Virus record (IMG/VR): IMGVR_UViG_3300017760_000070
Location: 1-26,190 of that record
Strand: one strand, 5' to 3'
DNA length: 26,190 nt
DNA from: a virus
Taxonomy: Duplodnaviria; Caudoviricetes
Position 1 is the stretch's first letter; the number at the start of each line of letters is the position of its first letter. This document shows positions 23,908-26,190 of this stretch, piece after piece. The notes under the pieces are model-generated. The model was given only the letters and a program-made list of their open reading frames with translations. It was not told where the DNA came from and did not search any database. A program made the translations under genes and the position numbers.

Positions 23908-24202
23908 CGGTGTCCTTTTCAGTTGTTTGTGTTTTTTTAAGTTTCTTTAAAGTTTTATTAGCTTTGACTATATCACTTGAAGCTATTGCTTCACAAGTAA
24001 TTTCACATCTATTTTCAAAAACTGAAACCTTTTGCACTACAACTTCATCTACACCGATCATTATGTGATCATAAGGTTTGATAGGAATATCTTTTCTTGT
24101 TTCAACGATTATTACTCCCTTTCTAGTAACCTTGTAAAAAGCGTTATAGGACTCTCCTTGAAATTTTACCTCTACCATTTTAAACACATCTGTGTGATCC
24201 AT
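23891..24202 (-). CDS. Hypothetical beta-rich protein, 103 aa
   Basis: Inserted between the major tail and chaperone genes; overlaps the chaperone start. Confidence 0.65.
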   Translation of the reverse strand: MDHTDVFKMVEVKFQGESYNAFYKVTRKGVIIVETRKDIPIKPYDHIMIGVDEVVVQKVSVFENRCEITCEAIASSDIVKANKTLKKLKKTQTTEKDTDGESV

Positions 24203-24216
24203 ATTTTCAACCTTTA

Positions 24217-24645
24217 TTATGCGTTAGTATATGTTACTGTATTATGAGATTCAAGAGTAAGTGAATAAGTTTCTTCTCCATTATACTCTCCTGCTCTTTC
24301 GTAACTTGTGATTAAAAAAGCACCTGCTACTTTCGAACCATCTGCAAATATCAAGTCATAGTTTTGAATTGATCCATCAAATGCAAATCCTCTTACAAGG
24401 TTTTCTGTTGATGAGTCAGTAAAAACACCACTTGCTGACATTGACATACTTCTAATACCACCACCTTGTAAAATATCTCTTGCTTTATCATTACCACTTG
24501 TAATAAAAGCATTTGAATCTTTAGTAGTGATATCTACCATTTCTCCATTAATACTCATACTTGTACTTCTCATACCACCAACTGTTGCTGGTGTTCCTGT
24601 GCTATTTTCTTTTAATAAAAAATTGCTACCTTTTTGTGCCGCCAT
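24217..24645 (-). CDS. Major tail tube protein (TP901-1/GTA family)
   Basis: MAAQKG..FLLK, G.RSTS.SINGE.VD.T.KDS, G.F.ITS.E.AGEYNGE.TYS..LES; strong SD AGGAGG. Confidence 0.9.
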   Translation of the reverse strand: MAAQKGSNFLLKENSTGTPATVGGMRSTSMSINGEMVDITTKDSNAFITSGNDKARDILQGGGIRSMSMSASGVFTDSSTENLVRGFAFDGSIQNYDLIFADGSKVAGAFLITSYERAGEYNGEETYSLTLESHNTVTYTNA

Positions 24646-24669
24646 TTTTATATCCTCCTAATTATTATT

Positions 24670-25074
24670 TTAATTTGTTAATACAAAAGTTCTAAACCTT
24701 TGTACTCCATGTGTTGTTAGTCCATCAGGTTCTTTAATTATATCTGAGAACTCAAATCTCATATTATTCATAGCTCCTGAAACTGATAAACTTGATTCAT
24801 GTAATACATCATAAACTAATGACATAATTTCCTTTATTTCCTTACTCCCTCTATATCTAGAGAATGTATGAACAATTAGGGTAAAATCACTTCCCTTTTT
24901 GTCTTTTGTACCATCATCTACCATTGTTTGGTCACCGACCTTAACATAGGGAAATGATGTTCCCTCTGGAACAAAATCATAAATATTGTTTCCACCTAAC
25001 TTTGTTGTAAGTGCACCATTTGCCAACAGTGCATTATAGACTGTTGTTTGTAAGGCAACTGCAAAATCACTCAT
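24670..25074 (-). CDS. Tail terminator (DUF3168 family)
   Basis: LQ..VY.AL, IYD.VP....FPYV.VG, HGVQRFR. Confidence 0.85.
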   Translation of the reverse strand: MSDFAVALQTTVYNALLANGALTTKLGGNNIYDFVPEGTSFPYVKVGDQTMVDDGTKDKKGSDFTLIVHTFSRYRGSKEIKEIMSLVYDVLHESSLSVSGAMNNMRFEFSDIIKEPDGLTTHGVQRFRTFVLTN

Positions 25075-25520
25075 TTTACAATCTCCTCAATTTTTTTAAC
25101 TACTCTTTTAAATGTTGCTTCTGTTATTGGCTTTTTACTTTTTTCAAAAGCTGGTAACATAAATGGTCTTGGTTGCATTTTACTTGTTCCATATTCTAAA
25201 AATGCAGAATAGTTTGCATTACTTACAACATTAGTAATATTTTTGGTTTTTTGTTTAACCATAATTTTACTTACTAAATTTCCTGTATCTGAAGCTGGTG
25301 CTTGTCCTGGAGCAGATGCTCTATGTGATCTTCTAGGATTATACTTTTCGTACATTATTCCTGATTTAGCACCTGTCTGTATTGACTTAACAGCTTCTCC
25401 TCTTATTAATTGACCACCACCTTTTACTATTTCTTGAAAGTCAGGTTCAAGTTGTTTATTCAACTGTTTAAGCTGACCCATAACTTTTTTTAAATTTTTT
25501 ACTGTAAGAGTTACTTGCAT
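25071..25520 (-). CDS. HK97 gp10-family tail completion protein
   Basis: ASAPG.APASDTGNL and YS.FLEYGTSKM.PRPFM.PA. Confidence 0.9.
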   Translation of the reverse strand: MQVTLTVKNLKKVMGQLKQLNKQLEPDFQEIVKGGGQLIRGEAVKSIQTGAKSGIMYEKYNPRRSHRASAPGQAPASDTGNLVSKIMVKQKTKNITNVVSNANYSAFLEYGTSKMQPRPFMLPAFEKSKKPITEATFKRVVKKIEEIVK

Positions 25521-25864
25521 TATGTACCTACATTTTCTATTGCTTCTATTGTAATATAATTTTTAAAATCATTCTCATCATTTATTTTTATTATATCAAA
25601 GGTTCTAGTTCCAAACAAGATACGCATTGTCGTAGTTATACCATCTCTATATCTAATTAAAAATTCGTATGTATGTGGATTCTCAACTTGTCTTCCTGTT
25701 TTATCAGAAAATATTTGTTTGCCACTTTTTGGTGTCATTTTAGCAAATGCAGTTATATGTGCTGATCTTCCTGTTGTATAACCACCCATATTGTCAGTAG
25801 ATAAATTTGTATTCTGTATCGTAATTTTATTTCTTAATTTTCCTATATTAGATATACTCGGCAT
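25520..25864 (-). CDS. Head closure / head-tail adaptor (SPP1 gp16-like)
   Basis: IGKLR.KITIQ...D..GG...IRYR..I...MRI.F..R.F.I. Confidence 0.9.
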   Translation of the reverse strand: MPSISNIGKLRNKITIQNTNLSTDNMGGYTTGRSAHITAFAKMTPKSGKQIFSDKTGRQVENPHTYEFLIRYRDGITTTMRILFGTRTFDIIKINDENDFKNYITIEAIENVGT

Positions 25865-25865
25865 A

Positions 25866-26190
25866 TTATCCTCCTAATATATTGTTCAATCTTATAACTC
25901 TATATGGTTGTAATAATTGACCTACTGTATAAGGAATAGAATTAACACTCATTGATGTAACCATTTCTCTATTTTCGTATAAGTGAGTTGTTAATAATTT
26001 AATCGCTTGAATTATTGGTGTTGGTACATCACTTGCGTTAGCACCATAACCTGCAACATATTGAACCTCATAAGCATTAGCTTGTCTTAATTCAGTTAAT
26101 GTTGGCCAACTAACTCCATTCTTTAAAACTACTCTAGCCGAAGTAGAATCTACATCAGCAAAATAATTACTTGCCGCAAAAGTAGAGGCA
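25866..26190 (-). CDS. Head-tail connector (HK97 gp6-like), partial
   Basis: Frame open from the window edge: ...YVAGYG....VP.PI.QAIKLL.THLYENRE...LLQPYRV; stop at 25866-25868. Confidence 0.85.
   Translation of the reverse strand, partial: ASTFAASNYFADVDSTSARVVLKNGVSWPTLTELRQANAYEVQYVAGYGANASDVPTPIIQAIKLLTTHLYENREMVTSMSVNSIPYTVGQLLQPYRVIRLNNILGG

Noticed and set aside
1-26190. Genome-wide TAG-to-Gln recoding (genetic code 15)
   Set aside because: TAG ends many genes at natural C-termini (e.g. 158, 1038, 2841, 8215, 9858, 11194, 12495, 17870), some in TAGTG overlaps. The longest ORFs contain no internal TAG. Only one interruption was found.
20726-26190. Host gene transfer agent cluster
   Set aside because: The tail genes are GTA-like, but the long tape measure, HK97-gp10, linked lysis and early genes and the absence of host genes indicate a genuine phage.
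1-26190. CRISPR array, tRNA/rRNA, IS element or integrase
   Set aside because: I saw no regularly spaced repeats, cloverleaf-like sequence or transposase/integrase motifs. The intergenic gaps are short.

Overview
AT-rich fragment of a tailed dsDNA phage with a siphovirus-type, HK97/GTA-like tail module. A marine alphaproteobacterial (SAR11-like) host is inferred from gene content and promoter form, not demonstrated. The + strand (1-2841) carries the end of an SSB-like gene, several small early genes, two unannotated membrane/lipoprotein mini-genes and a stand-alone GHKL ATPase fused to an HEXXH metallopeptidase motif. The - strand (26190 to 2941) is one long late region. It runs: head-tail connector, head closure, HK97-gp10, tail terminator, major tail protein, tail chaperone with a -1 frameshift, tape measure, distal tail protein, a 1.9-kb block of small membrane/secreted genes, hub, DUF6950-like protein, tail tip, and a fibre module. 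The fibre module has one gene split by a single in-frame TAG and two paralogous Gly/Pro-rich fibres. It is followed by four 2OG-Fe(II) oxygenase-fold genes plus a glycosyltransferase, the lysis cassette (M15 endolysin, holin), a metallophosphoesterase and a small HEXXH protein. The two arms converge at a terminator near 2847-2882. Best candidates for new biology are a hydroxylation/glycosylation cassette coupled to the fibres, the amber-interrupted fibre gene, the GHKL-peptidase fusion and several structured intergenic elements. All product calls come from motif recognition by eye; no searches were run.
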